Origin: Catajapyx aquilonaris | Taxonomy: Eukaryota | Reading direction: 5' to 3' | NCBI GenBank assembly: GCA_000934665.2 | Contig: JYFJ02001931.1 | Coordinates: forward strand, 1-64,000 | DNA length: 64,000 bases | In this document: piece after piece, positions 27,160 through 37,099 of the stretch | How the letters are laid out: each line of letters begins with the position of its first letter | Numbering within the stretch: the stretch's first letter is position 1 | Made by a program: the position numbers and the translations under genes | The notes under the pieces: generated by a model | What the model was told of the DNA's origin: nothing | The model's database searches: none | Seen by the model: only the letters and a program-made list of their open reading frames with translations

Positions 27160-27648
27160 ATGATATGTGGTTGTGTTTGATCAACAAAAATGTAAAATTA
27201 CTTCTCAACTCAGTGTTTCGTAAGATTTTTTTTACAAGACAACAGCTTTAATAATGTGTAATATTGAAATTTAAATGATACAGAAAAACACTGACATAAT
27301 CTCATTGACCAATGATTGCAGGGAAACATTAACCGTGCTGAAGGTATACTTTAAGGAATTGACTTATATTCGGTACAACAGAGATCTCACCTACAGATGG
27401 TTCGATTTACTAGGTAAGAATTTCCCTAATGTACTGTATGATTCATGGATATATTCAGCTTCGATTGATTTTCTGGAAGTATGGTGTAATGAGTGCATGA
27501 TATTAAAATTATTTTCTCAGCTGCTTTTGGTGGAATATCGGGCTTGTTCACTGGATTCAGCCTCATCAGTGCAGTTGAACTTGTGTATTACTTCACTATC
27601 AGGCCTTCTGCTCGATGGAATGCATATTTCGGGAGGAAGAAAGAATGA
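13008..27648 (+). CDS. Pickpocket-like DEG/ENaC subunit, array gene 2 (~618 aa; ~9.7 kb TE-filled intron)
   Basis: Exons 13008-13010 (ATG only, inferred), 13211-13506, 13594-13803, 14128-14281, 14484-14641, 14746-15049, 15290-15566, 17305-17358, 17450-17630, 27322-27413, 27521-27648 sum to 1857 nt in frame. Motifs: YCDNTSVHGFKY, IPFPGVTICN, TDEGYCYSFN, GAGPTMGL, TM2 AAFGGISGLFTGFSLISAVELVY. Confidence 0.92.
13875..14003. mobile_element. MITE family B copy (right end degenerate)
   Basis: ttgttttggccactttatcctggtcttgaagcaacccttc ... gaagggttgcttcaagaccaggataaagttgccaaaacaa. Confidence 0.8.
17684..17758. repeat. (ATT)n microsatellite
   Basis: About 25 perfect units in the gene 2 intron. Confidence 0.97.
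19030..19697. mobile_element. Foldback/MITE family D, partial copy
   Basis: Shares gtgggtcacaactc, aattcttggac.tgtgac, aaaaaggcctcatttt and gtgacctaaggaacatg with 104-1135; ends catagtg|ta. Confidence 0.65.
20589..21026. mobile_element. MITE family B (TA-flanked), nested in 20026-21111
   Basis: ta|ctatcgggttcaaatacttttggccac..cctggtcttgaagcaacc ... ggttgcttcaagaccaggataaagtggccaaaagtatttgaacccgatag|ta; same family at 13875-14003 and 56878-57019. Confidence 0.82.
20677..20937. mobile_element. Small TIR element with internal (TTAGG)n, nested inside the family B copy
   Basis: ggcgcgtattgctatcctagtgagg ... cctcacaaggataggaatgcgcgcc; internal aggttaggttaggttaggttag. Absent from the other family B copies. 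Confidence 0.65.
21581..21832. mobile_element. hAT-type MITE with 8-bp TSD TTATAGAG
   Basis: ttatagag|caggggttcccaacct ... aggttgggaacccctg|ttatagag. Confidence 0.9.
22139..22503. repeat. Compound tandem repeat of palindromic (TAC)n(TAG)n blocks with a ~60-bp spacer
   Basis: Spacer tacgttccaaaaaaagtaatttaacatttttgttgatcaaacacaacc(g/a)catatcattattggtgt occurs twice between microsatellite blocks. Confidence 0.92.
22594..25832 (-). pseudogene. LINE ORF2 (APE endonuclease + reverse transcriptase + CCHC), broken by about four frameshifts
   Basis: Consecutive ORF-track pieces 25575-26018, 25339-25650, 23558-25342, 22788-23567 and 22594-22824 each carry the next ORF2 motifs in a different frame. 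Confidence 0.88.
26138..26980 (-). CDS. LINE ORF1 protein (coiled coil + L1-ORF1p-like RRM)
   Basis: 280-aa ORF with N-terminal heptads followed by RRNNVVIYGVKE, ERVHRMG, RPIIAKF and IAEDFS..R..RK.L, which are typical of RRM-type LINE ORF1 proteins. Confidence 0.85.
   Translation of the reverse strand: MASIEQIAGLLDDRVGKLKMELDTSLTTAISEMEKRWDQKFGTFVADQQKSNGEMRSRIMALESLVERLENQTRRNNVVIYGVKEEKEETWDQTMVMFRTFLTEHNLHPSPTSLQLERVHRMGQVRGLRPIIAKFTFYPDRDMVMRRGHLLRDTPFRIAEDFSMETRNKRKLLAPFLKEARERGCIAHLRQDKLLLDKKLYAVTEDGSDIYPIQLHKSARHDHIRQGQVTDLPVQKRLRSPSEPPRIPKQSRFLSPSETPNTPEHGSKGNPLAASTVHTR
27085..27201. repeat. (TAC)n(TAG)n block plus inverted copy of the spacer seen at 22245-22435
   Basis: tgatatgtggttgtgtttgatcaacaaaaatgtaaaattac is the reverse complement of the left-flank spacer. 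Confidence 0.9.
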
Positions 27649-28294
27649 GCATAATAAAACGAATAATGATTATTGGAAACAATTTAAGTTTTTATTTAGT
27701 AGTATTAGTATGTGGATATTATGACGATCATGCGTGAATTTTCTTACGCCATAAAAAGTAAGGGGAGTAGTTTTGCTTTTCAAAAATGGCATATAATTAA
27801 ACTGGAATGTATTTGGCGCGTCCAAATGAAAAGGTGACGAGCCCTCAACATGATATTAAAAAATCCGAGTGCGCCTATTTGTTGCTGGTTCCATACGGGA
27901 CTTCACAGCGCGTGACATGTGTATGAAGTCGCGTGTTCTTGAACATGAATCTCTATAATTATTGCATAAACGGGGAAATTATCATATGACTCTCATGATA
28001 TGAAAATAAACACATGATAAAATATCAATTATGAGTATTTTATCAGTAGACAATGGCCATCAACCCCAAGACAGCAGTGGAAAATAATTAGGCCTACAAT
28101 TATTGGAGCCATGGCCGTACACAGTATTCCTTTTCAGGGGGGGTATGACGCCAGCGTTGGGTTATTTTTCCAATTTTTAATCTGTATACTGTATCTCAAC
28201 AAGAATATAGGTAAAATAACTAAAGTAGTAATAAGACAAATTGAAGGTCCGAAGCAGATGATGTGGTGAGGTCAATGATACCCATATTTAAATT

Positions 28295-28960
28295 GCATTG
28301 ATCGCCCGAGGACATTGAATTCCAAAGAATCCATCCGCTGCGATGGGCCCACCAAGACTAGGGATGCCGATTATTGCAGCATTCCTACGCCTCCAAGACA
28401 AGCAGGAAGTACTGATGAGCACCAGGAATCTTCAAGGTACCAAGCTGGCGATCAGTGATGATTTTGCTCCCAAAACCAGAGAGTTGCGGAAGAAATAATT
28501 ATATTACTACACTGAAAAAACCGAAATGGTTACAGTAACCAAAACTATTTGGTTGAGTGAGATTTGGTTGCTTTCACCAAAATCTTAGCTGAATTGAAAA
28601 AACAGAATTGGTTGAGGTATGCGATCGTTTCAACCAAAACCTTAGCTACCACAGCCAAATGTACACCATGTCAACAAAAATGTTGGTTACATCAACCAAG
28701 TATTTTTGTAGAAAACGACAACCAAATATTTTTGGTTACTTCAACCAAATTTTTGGCAGGTTCTATATTAACCTTCCTATTTGGTTGAATTAAACATGTT
28801 TTTGGTTTGTTCAACTATTATTTTTTTTGAGTGTACCATTCTTGAAGGACGCTAAGAAAAATGGTAAGTAAACAAAGCCCACCTGAAGGAAGCAGATCTA
28901 GTGGTTAATGGAGCAGCATACACCCTCACTGAAGATGAAAAGGAGGTGCGGCGTATTGAT
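28295..28960 (+). pseudogene. Degenerate LINE ORF1 relic, related to the ORF1 at 26138-26980, split by a MITE
   Basis: Translates to ..IIAAFLRLQDKQEVLMSTRNLQGTKLAISDDFAPKTRELRKK / PFLKDAKKNG..AHLKEADLVVNGAAYTLTEDEKEV, which is colinear with ORF1 IIAKF..IAEDFSMETRNKRK..PFLKEARERG..AHLRQDKLLLDKKLYAVTEDG. Confidence 0.75.
28510..28833. mobile_element. MITE with CACT(G/C)AAAAAA termini and TA target duplication (CACTA/EnSpm-like)
   Basis: ta|cactgaaaaaa ... ttttttgagtg|ta, with internal short repeats ttggttgaa/ttcaaccaa in both orientations. It interrupts the ORF1 relic. Confidence 0.7.
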
Positions 28961-30038
28961 CTAGGCCGCCAATCACAAGGCGAGACGGGTCATCGTGGGA
29001 CCAACCAGAAGAAAAGGTATAGGTAGGAACACTCGGGAGTGACACCCCAGTCCAAAAAATACAACATGTGAATGTGCGCTACTTAATTATTTTTGAAGCA
29101 AAAATAATGAGATAGTCGAGCTCTCGCATCACCTGATTTGACGCACATGGAATGGGCCAATCTTGAGTCCACGCTCTATGTCTCCTTTCTGGGACAGTAG
29201 GAAGATGATCTGTATAGAGATCTTTACTGCTGTTCCTACAGGTGAGAGTAGGCCTAATACCCTTCCAACTGGAAACAGACTTGCACACTTCCCAATTAGT
29301 CTACTGGTAGGCCTATGTGAGAACTAAGCGAGGAATGAAACTTGCTTTCTTCACCTATCTCCCTTTCCCTACATTTAACGAGTAATTTGTCGGTCACTGG
29401 TGAATATTTTCTATTTTATGAAAGGGTCATAAGAAAAAGCAAACGCAGCAGGGACTATATATAGGTATGGGTACGTGATTTCCCCAAACTCGTACTTGTA
29501 ACCCCATGGTAGGTGGATGGAACCAGGGGCACTCACACCCTGGTTGCCCTCAGGGTAGGTAGGCTATAGATCGGTCAACATAAGAACGCAACCGAATGTG
29601 CATCGCCGTGGCGCACAGGATGCAATACTGGAATCAGAAGTGAACTGTATGGCTATGGCAGTGTCAGCAATAAGTGTAATCTACAACATATCACCTCTAA
29701 TTCCAGAATTGCATCCTGTGCGCCACACTCGGTTGCGTTCTTATGTTGACCGATATAGATTGGCCAGGGTGGTCACAGATAGTCTGGATAGGGTCAGATG
29801 GCTGGGGGTAATTAGGAGCAGTGAGACACTGAAGAAATTATTGGTACAGTAGAGTTTAACTGAGAATGCAATTGTGCTAACAGCCTTTATTAATCTAAAA
29901 GAGTACCTATTTAACCAATGTTAAATAGTTTAATAATTTAAAGGCAAAATGAGGTTCTCCTCCTCCTCTCCTCCTCCTCTCCTCCTCCTCTCCTCCTCTT
30001 CATCTCCCACCTGGTCCTGCACCATCCTCACCCTCATC

Positions 30039-33000
30039 CTACCAGTCCTCGTTTTCCTCACCACTCTCCTCCTCGTCCTCGACCTCCTCGACCTCGACCC
30101 CCTCGTCCTCGATCTCCTCGTCCTCGATCTCCTCGTCCTCGACCTCCTCGTCCTCGACCTCCTCGTCCTCGACCTCCTCGACCTCGACCTCCTCGTCCTC
30201 GTCCTCCTCGTCCTCGACCTCCTCGACCTCGACCCCCTCGTCCTCGACCTCCTCGTCCTCGACCTCCTCGTCCTCGACCTCCTCGTCCTCGACCTCCTCG
30301 TCCTCGACCTCCTCGTCCTCGACCTCCTCGTCCTCGACCTCCTCGACCTCGACCCCCTCGTCCTCGACCCCCTCGTCCTCGACCTCCTCGTCCTCGACCT
30401 CCTCGTCCTCGACCTCCTCGTCTTCGTCCTCCTCGTCCTCCTCCTGGGCATCATCTTCATCTCCCACCTGGTCCTGTACGCCCTCCCCATCCTGCCAGTC
30501 CTTGTTTTCCTCACCAGTCTCCTCCAAATTGACAGCACCGCCTTCTTCAAACCGAATAGCACCGAGAACTTCCATGATCTGAGCGAGGGGTATCTCCGAC
30601 CGACCCAGCTCCGCTTCGAGGCAGAGGGAGAATAACTTGTCGTAGTCAAAGCCATCCAGCACATTCCTCTCGCCATCTACCCTAAGCAGTTCCTCAATTA
30701 ACTTCTTTTTCAATCCTCCCGATGTGTCAATGTTTCCTCGCGCAGCGATCATCGCTTTCTCAGCTGCTTCCAGCAGCCTCCTCCTGCGCTTCAACTCCTG
30801 GACCTTCAGATCCTCTACAAAGAGGAATATCTGCTCCATCTCGTGAGGGATTTTGCTGTGCAAGTACCACAGCCCCGATCCGAGCAGCGTGACTGCAGCG
30901 CCTTATTTGACAAAGAAAAACAGAGCATCTCACCATGTTTGTGGGGTTAACTAATAAATAAGACATGTCTCTGAAGCTGGCGTACCAGATGCGAGGGAAG
31001 CCCAGAAGCACCACCCTAGGTGGAGCACCACGGTGACGTCCATGTCCATTGGAATGACGAAGGACAGATGCGCCCCGTCGTCCTGGTTCCTTTGATGTAC
31101 CCACATCACCACGGTGGCCAGCATAGCGAGTCCAGATGCAATAATGAGTTTGCATGATAAGACCACTGTGTGGTAAGACATGATGTAGCCTTTTAGCCAT
31201 ACCCCCAGCGCGAAACTGTGGGTCAGAAATGAGAGGATGAGACTACATCCCATACCTCAACTGAGGATTATTTAATTCTAGTCCGCTTGGACCTGACCAG
31301 TCACCAGAGGATTTACATGTACGGTATCGATCATAATTATGAAATGGCTAGGTGTTGTACTATCACCTCGTCATCGCTGGCTACCCCTTCATGGGGCAAT
31401 ACCATGATGATTGTATGAGTGTGAGAGTGTGCTTCATTCATGGTGCATCTTATCATATGCGGGGTCTCACAAAGGCGGCTAAGTCCATTTTTTGGGGAGG
31501 GGGGGGGGGTGTAACACAAATACGTGAAGCAATAATGCATTTTAATGTCATTAGGTATTAATTGCACATTTGCGTATGTAGCTGAGCCGTGGCAACTTAT
31601 GGACGAAAAAAATTTAAAGATTGTACCAGTGAAAGTTAAGAAGTTTATGGTCATTTTATGACGGTTTTTTTTACGTAGCCGCCTTTGATCTGAGATCCCT
31701 CATATACTCATCGGCTATACTCATATTACTCATCGGCTATAGGCCCTCCAGGAAAAGACTGCATGGGTTTTCTGGGGTTTTGAAGTAGAGTTGCCGGACG
31801 CAAAAGGAACCCGGAATACCCCACATCCACGTTGAAAAAAAAAATCCCCACCTGGCTACTATACTTACCTTCATGGCAAATATAGGGACTGGGGAGGCGG
31901 GCTGAAACGTTGTAAAAACCCACCTAATCCCCGCAGTCTCTTCTTGGTTCCCCTTTATATCTCTCTGTTTCTGTTTGTCCGGGGTGAGTCATCGCCTCGA
32001 GTTAGCCACCACCGCAAACAAATATACCTTAGGCCTACTGATTTTTATCAGTTTTCTTTTGGTAATGGGTTCACTAGTACAGTTGACTCCGGATATAACA
32101 TCCTCGGGTATAACACACTTTCGCTTATAACAGACTCGAAAGGCGAATCTCGGAATACTTCCATAAGGCCCTGTCTATTTTTACTCCTGATATTGCATTT
32201 TCATTTTCACCCCACCTCGTCTACAACAGACCATTTTGAGCACTCGGCTAGATAATATTCTGTTTTTGATTATTCGACTTCCTTTCCCACGTGCAGGAAG
32301 GCAGCGAATACTGGAGGGGGATGATTTTCGTATTTGTTACAGATCTAAGCAATTCAGAATCATACTTTTTCTGGGCTATTTGGCAACAAGGAGACGGAAG
32401 AAGAAAATTACGATTTTTCTAAAAGTCCTGGGTAATTTACCCGTGAACCAATTTCAAAAAAAAAAAAAAATCTTTCAGGCATATCTGGGTTAAGGACTTT
32501 TTCCAATTATCTGCCACAATTAATCTTTATTTGACACATAATTTTACGACCAGTGTTTTTTGGGACTTTTAGCCGCCCTTGATCTGAGACCCCTCATCTT
32601 ACACTTTAGTCTACCGTTTGCATAAGTCTGTATGCAGCCTCATCATCTATTTCGGCATCAAACAATGTGCATTCCTCGTGAACCATTTCTTGCATATACG
32701 GAACAAAGCGGAAAGCGTTCCACTTTGCCCGTTCCACTTTGCCCCATACCACGTGGTCTCGATTAACATTACTTACATTTTAGCAGTGCTGATCAAATCA
32801 AACTTTAAGAACTACCATCCTGTGAAGAGTGATCTTACATACCTCAAAAATAATTGATAGCTTTGACAATGGCTTACGCCAACTTCAGGAGCTTATTCAG
32901 TGAAGGGTCGAATTTACATCCGCGACCGCTCTTAATGCAAAATGGCTGCCTGAGTCGCTGTAGTTTCAAAAAAGTGCTGCCATCAGGTAATTAATGTGCA

Positions 33001-34099
33001 TCATTATGTGGATCATTAGATGTTCCAAGATCCAGGAGATGGCACACACCGCACGGAAATTTACGCCTGTGTTTCGCTTTGCCCTCCGCTTCACTTTGCC
33101 CCACCTTCCCCTAGTGGCCATTATAAGCATTTGGAAATCAGAAAACTTTTTGTATTTGCTACAAAAGAGGCGATTTGGCCATAACAGACCTCGGTTATAA
33201 CAGACATTTTCCCACTGTTCCTTGAAGTCTGCTATGGCCGGAGTCAATTGTATAACAATTACCGGTATACAAATTAGTATTAAAGCTACAAGAGAGTGGG
33301 TATGTGTGGATGGATATAATTATGTATATGGCAATGGCCTATTATCACTCACGCGTGTATGTACCAGCCGTAGTAGGCGACGAGTCGGAACTGCCGTCCG
33401 TATTGCAGGCGATCTGGATTTATGGACGTAAACGTATTCATCCACACGTTCAATGGGGTGCTTCCTATTATCGGTACTCCGCGGGGCTCACTCGCACTAA
33501 CTTCCATATCCTGAGGCCCTGATGGTCTTTCTTTGGAACCGAAGCACTGGTATCTCACCTTGCTGTACTTGCCGAACCCTGAGAGGTATTAATACTTATC
33601 TGTTAGCAACAAGGTATGCTCACCGACTTGAATATGTTGCCACTATTATACAGCCATTACAATAAGTATCCACTTGGCACTTGTTGAGACCCAGGCGGTA
33701 GTCTATCGTCAGGGTGTGCTCTTTACCCCTCATGATCACTCTGCCTTCAACACGAGAAACCTCCCAGTCTGGGGTTCTCATCAGCACTGCAATCAAAATT
33801 ACACCAACAGCTATAGTCTACGTTGACCCTCACTCACTTGGTCAGGGGCAGCATGTGTAATATTGGAGTATTGGAGACCAAGCAAGTGCCATTTTCGCAA
33901 TGAAAAAACAATATCAATATTGTGTGTAATTATTCCATGTTCAACTCACGTAGGATTAGGAACGCCGTTCCAGCCGCGCAGCCGTGGCGCACCCAAGGGA
34001 AAACGTTCTTCTGCAAAGAAATTCTAGATTAGTCGGAACTGCAGATCACTAATTGTTTCATTCGTAATATTTATGCCATTCACTCACCCAAAAGGCCAT
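30039..34099 (-). CDS. Divergent dual oxidase maturation factor (DUOXA/Nip/moladietz)-like membrane protein with long acidic C-terminal tail (~505 aa); start uncertain
   Basis: Minus-strand GT-AG exons 34099-34088 (tentative), 34010-33950, 33786-33661, 33578-33353, 31215-30986, 30901-30039 sum to 1518 nt in frame. Product: KNVFPWVRHGCAAGTAFLILLLMRTPDWEV...DYRLGLNK...LQYGRQFRLVAYYGWYIHAFALGVWL...ASGLAMLATVVMW...LHLGWCFWASLASGAAVTLLGSGLWYLHSKIPHEM. This matches from memory the DUOXA motifs SEW-V, GL, RQYRLAG-Y and G-x-FW..L..G....LLG.....PH. Confidence 0.72.
30065..30445 (-). repeat. Coding 15-bp minisatellite (GAGGACGAGGAGGTC)n encoding EDEEV repeats
   Basis: Roughly two dozen tandem, slightly variant 15-mers (plus strand gacctcctcgtcctc) in the last exon of the DUOXA-like gene. 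Confidence 0.95.
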
Positions 34100-36199
34100 C
34101 TGGATGCAGTCCTGTTGTTATTTTCTGATATGCCTACTCTGCGTGCACGGGAATGTTTCTTCGGACTTCACCGCAGTTTAGCTACTCGCTATGGGCTGAA
34201 TCTAAAGACACTCTTCTTAGGGTGCGGAGACGTTTTGTTGAAATGTTATTGAATTTTGAACTACAAATAATACACTATACTTCCGATTTTCCGTCGGCTA
34301 CTAAAGAATGCACGGGTATGTCAGGATAATCAGAAAATGGTCATAGACACCCCAGACTAATAATGACCTATTCAGAGGTTTTTATCGAACTATTGTACTG
34401 GGTAAATACTGTATATTGCTTTGAATAAGGTGTAATCAAAATAATATTTAACACTCATCATAGAAAACGTCTGATATTTCTTTTTTTTTTTTTTTGCGAG
34501 ACATAGGGCCTACTGACATTCTTTATGACTTTTCCCTAACATTTTTAGCAATGCACGGATTATCCGCACCAGGATAATCGGCAGTACAGTGTAAACAGAT
34601 AAAAAATAAATAAATAAGTGTCTTTTTGTTACATGTCTACACTAACTCACTTGACATCAAAATAATGCTCTAATTTCATTTGTGGATAGTGTGATGCAAC
34701 GTATGTGCTTAAGTCAAGAGAAATACTTACCAGTAAATCAAGCTGTGGAAACAGTAACAGTGGAGGCTGATTGCTTGAGAAATCTCAACCAGGCTGACAC
34801 CAGGTTCACAAAACATCAAAAATATCGTCCGGATATGGCTAACAGCTCCCTTTCAACATACAATCTTGTTTTTGAAAACAAAAATGTGGCCCGAGAATTC
34901 CTGGAATGTATGAATCACATTAGAAAATGAGCATGATCAGAAAATGGTACAAAAAAATATAGTGCACTAATAATAATAATAATGACGCAGGAGTGGTACG
35001 CGATACTGAACGGGAATGCAAATCACTTCGAATGTGATGTTCTGAACTGCATCTGCATGCCAAGACTCAAGAGTTCCTTAATAGCTACAATATATTTCAG
35101 AGCATTGCCACTGTCTTATGCCAGACTATTTCGTTTCTTTTAGCACAAATTAAATGTGAAGCTACTCATTCCAAGGGAGTATTGTGCATTTACTTAACGT
35201 TGGCTCTACCACCGATCTTCGGTATTACTGGTATCTAAGAGATATTGCGCTGGTGACCAATGCAGCCCTGACCCCTCGGGGCTCCCTAAAACACGCATTT
35301 CGGCCGAGATTTCGGTCCAGTGAAGCATTATTATTATTATCTTCACTATCTACTTGGTCAGTGCCCTTCCCTGGCTTCAGCTATACCACCTCAGTCTCCT
35401 GAATACGATTGAGAATTTCCAGATTATTTTACTTGGTCCGTCCCTCAAACACACAGGAGAATAAATTACCCTATTAAAGGGCGGGTGCATTCACGATTGG
35501 CACAACTATTTGACCCGGTAAAAGCACAAATACTGAGGCATGTCTGCGTAAAAACGGAATAAACTCGGTGCTCCAGTCTCCGTACATCCGTGGTACTGTA
35601 CATCCTAATCACTCCGTATAAATTCCAGTTTTACGGAGCTTGCGCTTCATCCTCCGACTTGGACCGGTAAAAGTACATTTAACGACGAATCCAACGCGAC
35701 CGCCTCCTCCTCCGACCCGCACATCGCATTTTGGTCGTGTGATTTTATGCGAATTATTATTCGTCCCGGAAACATCTCAGTTTAATGTACTGTATACATT
35801 GCCGGCCTGACCCATATAGTTTCACTTTATTAGTTTCACTTCACTAGTCATATGTATAAGGGCCGATGTCTTGGGAAATTCCATGCTCATGTCAGTCTTA
35901 AGTAGTATGGAATTTTTAAAATAAATAACGAAGCATGTTAGAATTTCTAAACCTTCCAACAGTATTATCTGTCATGTTATGCTGTACTAAATATGAAACT
36001 CATAGCTGCAGCTGTCAGACTGTCGAGGTCAAAAAGTCAAATGTTTGACTTCCCGAATTTGTCAATGTTTTTCAAAAATACGCTTTATTAATCCATGAAC
36101 CATTTAGATTCGATTGACACATCATGAACCATTGCTATAGAACTAATAGCTACCGAGACATGAAGCGACATATTATTATTATTATTATTTTTTTCATTA

Positions 36200-36515
36200 C
36201 CCCACGGGGGGGAGTTATGCTACTCCTTAGGGGGGGTGGGTTACCACCATTGGAATTTGATTTTTGGAGCGAGTTTAAGAAGATCTTAATTAGTGTACTC
36301 CAAGGGTGGGTGGGAGGGGATGTGCAAAGTGCAAGTGCAATGTCTCTAATCGTCATTTTGTGAACTCCCCCGGGTGGCTTAGTCTATCGGAAATTGCCAC
36401 CCGAAACGAAGCCAGAGATGGTCCAACTCTGCACGAAAGAAGGTGGGAACCCCGGGTGGGGATTGAACCCGGGACCTTAACTTCCGTGGGCGCGCGCGTT
36501 ACCGCGGCGCCACTC
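36200..36515 (-). mobile_element. tRNA-derived SINE (family shared with 8880-9190)
   Basis: Minus strand gtggcgccgcggtaacgcg..cccgggttcaatcccc; shares the blocks ttaccaccattgg, tttaagaagatcttaatta and gtcattttgtgaactccccc. Confidence 0.72.
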
Positions 36516-36550
36516 CGTGTCCCCCATGAAGCGACATAATTATATAGTTA

Positions 36551-36655
36551 CACTAGCCGCGGAGCCCGTTCTTCGCACGGCCTGTTTCCATGATTATCAC
36601 CAACAAAAACCCGTTGCCATGGACAAACAAACAAACAAACAAACTTTGCCTTATA
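36551..36655 (+). mobile_element. Possible Helitron/Helentron-type short repeat
   Basis: actagccgcggagcccgttcttcgcacgg head and (acaa)n tail resemble insect non-autonomous Helitron-like repeats; from pattern memory only. Confidence 0.35.
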
Positions 36656-37099
36656 AACACCTGCCACTGAAATATTTCCCACCCTGGTTTGTTTTCTTAC
36701 ATAATACCGATTTTTTTTTTACTTGTACTGCATAATTATAAGGCGACAATCTGAATCACTGTAAATGACGTAAGGTAGTGGAAGTGAACCGTTCTTCTTG
36801 AACTTCTGAATAATTAATTGATACCTGGTACTGCACCATATCAGGGATGATAACTTCTCATTATTCTCTGATGTGATCTCGGCAAAAGGAAAGGAAGGTG
36901 CGATATTCACGCTGTTACTGCAGAAACAGTTAGGTCAACATAGCAACATAACGACTTCTACCGGGTAATAGCAACATGGTGACCCTGCCACCTAGTCACG
37001 CTACCCTTTCATACAGTTGAGTATTAGGTCACGAATGCAACGCAATGACATTTGCATGAAATATTTCAAGGGTGTAGGCAGGCACACTCTCTGCAGAAA

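Noticed and set aside
29930..30676. ORFs encoding (RRSRT)n on the minus strand and (LLVLD)n on the plus strand
   Set aside because: Alternative frames of the stop-free 15-bp minisatellite; only the EDEEV frame is continuous with the spliced DUOXA-like exons.
31352..31413. Plus-strand exon-like segment (VLYYHLVIAGY) faintly resembling the DUOXA RLAGY motif
   Set aside because: Wrong strand and too short to support; the better match is the minus-strand exon 33578-33353.
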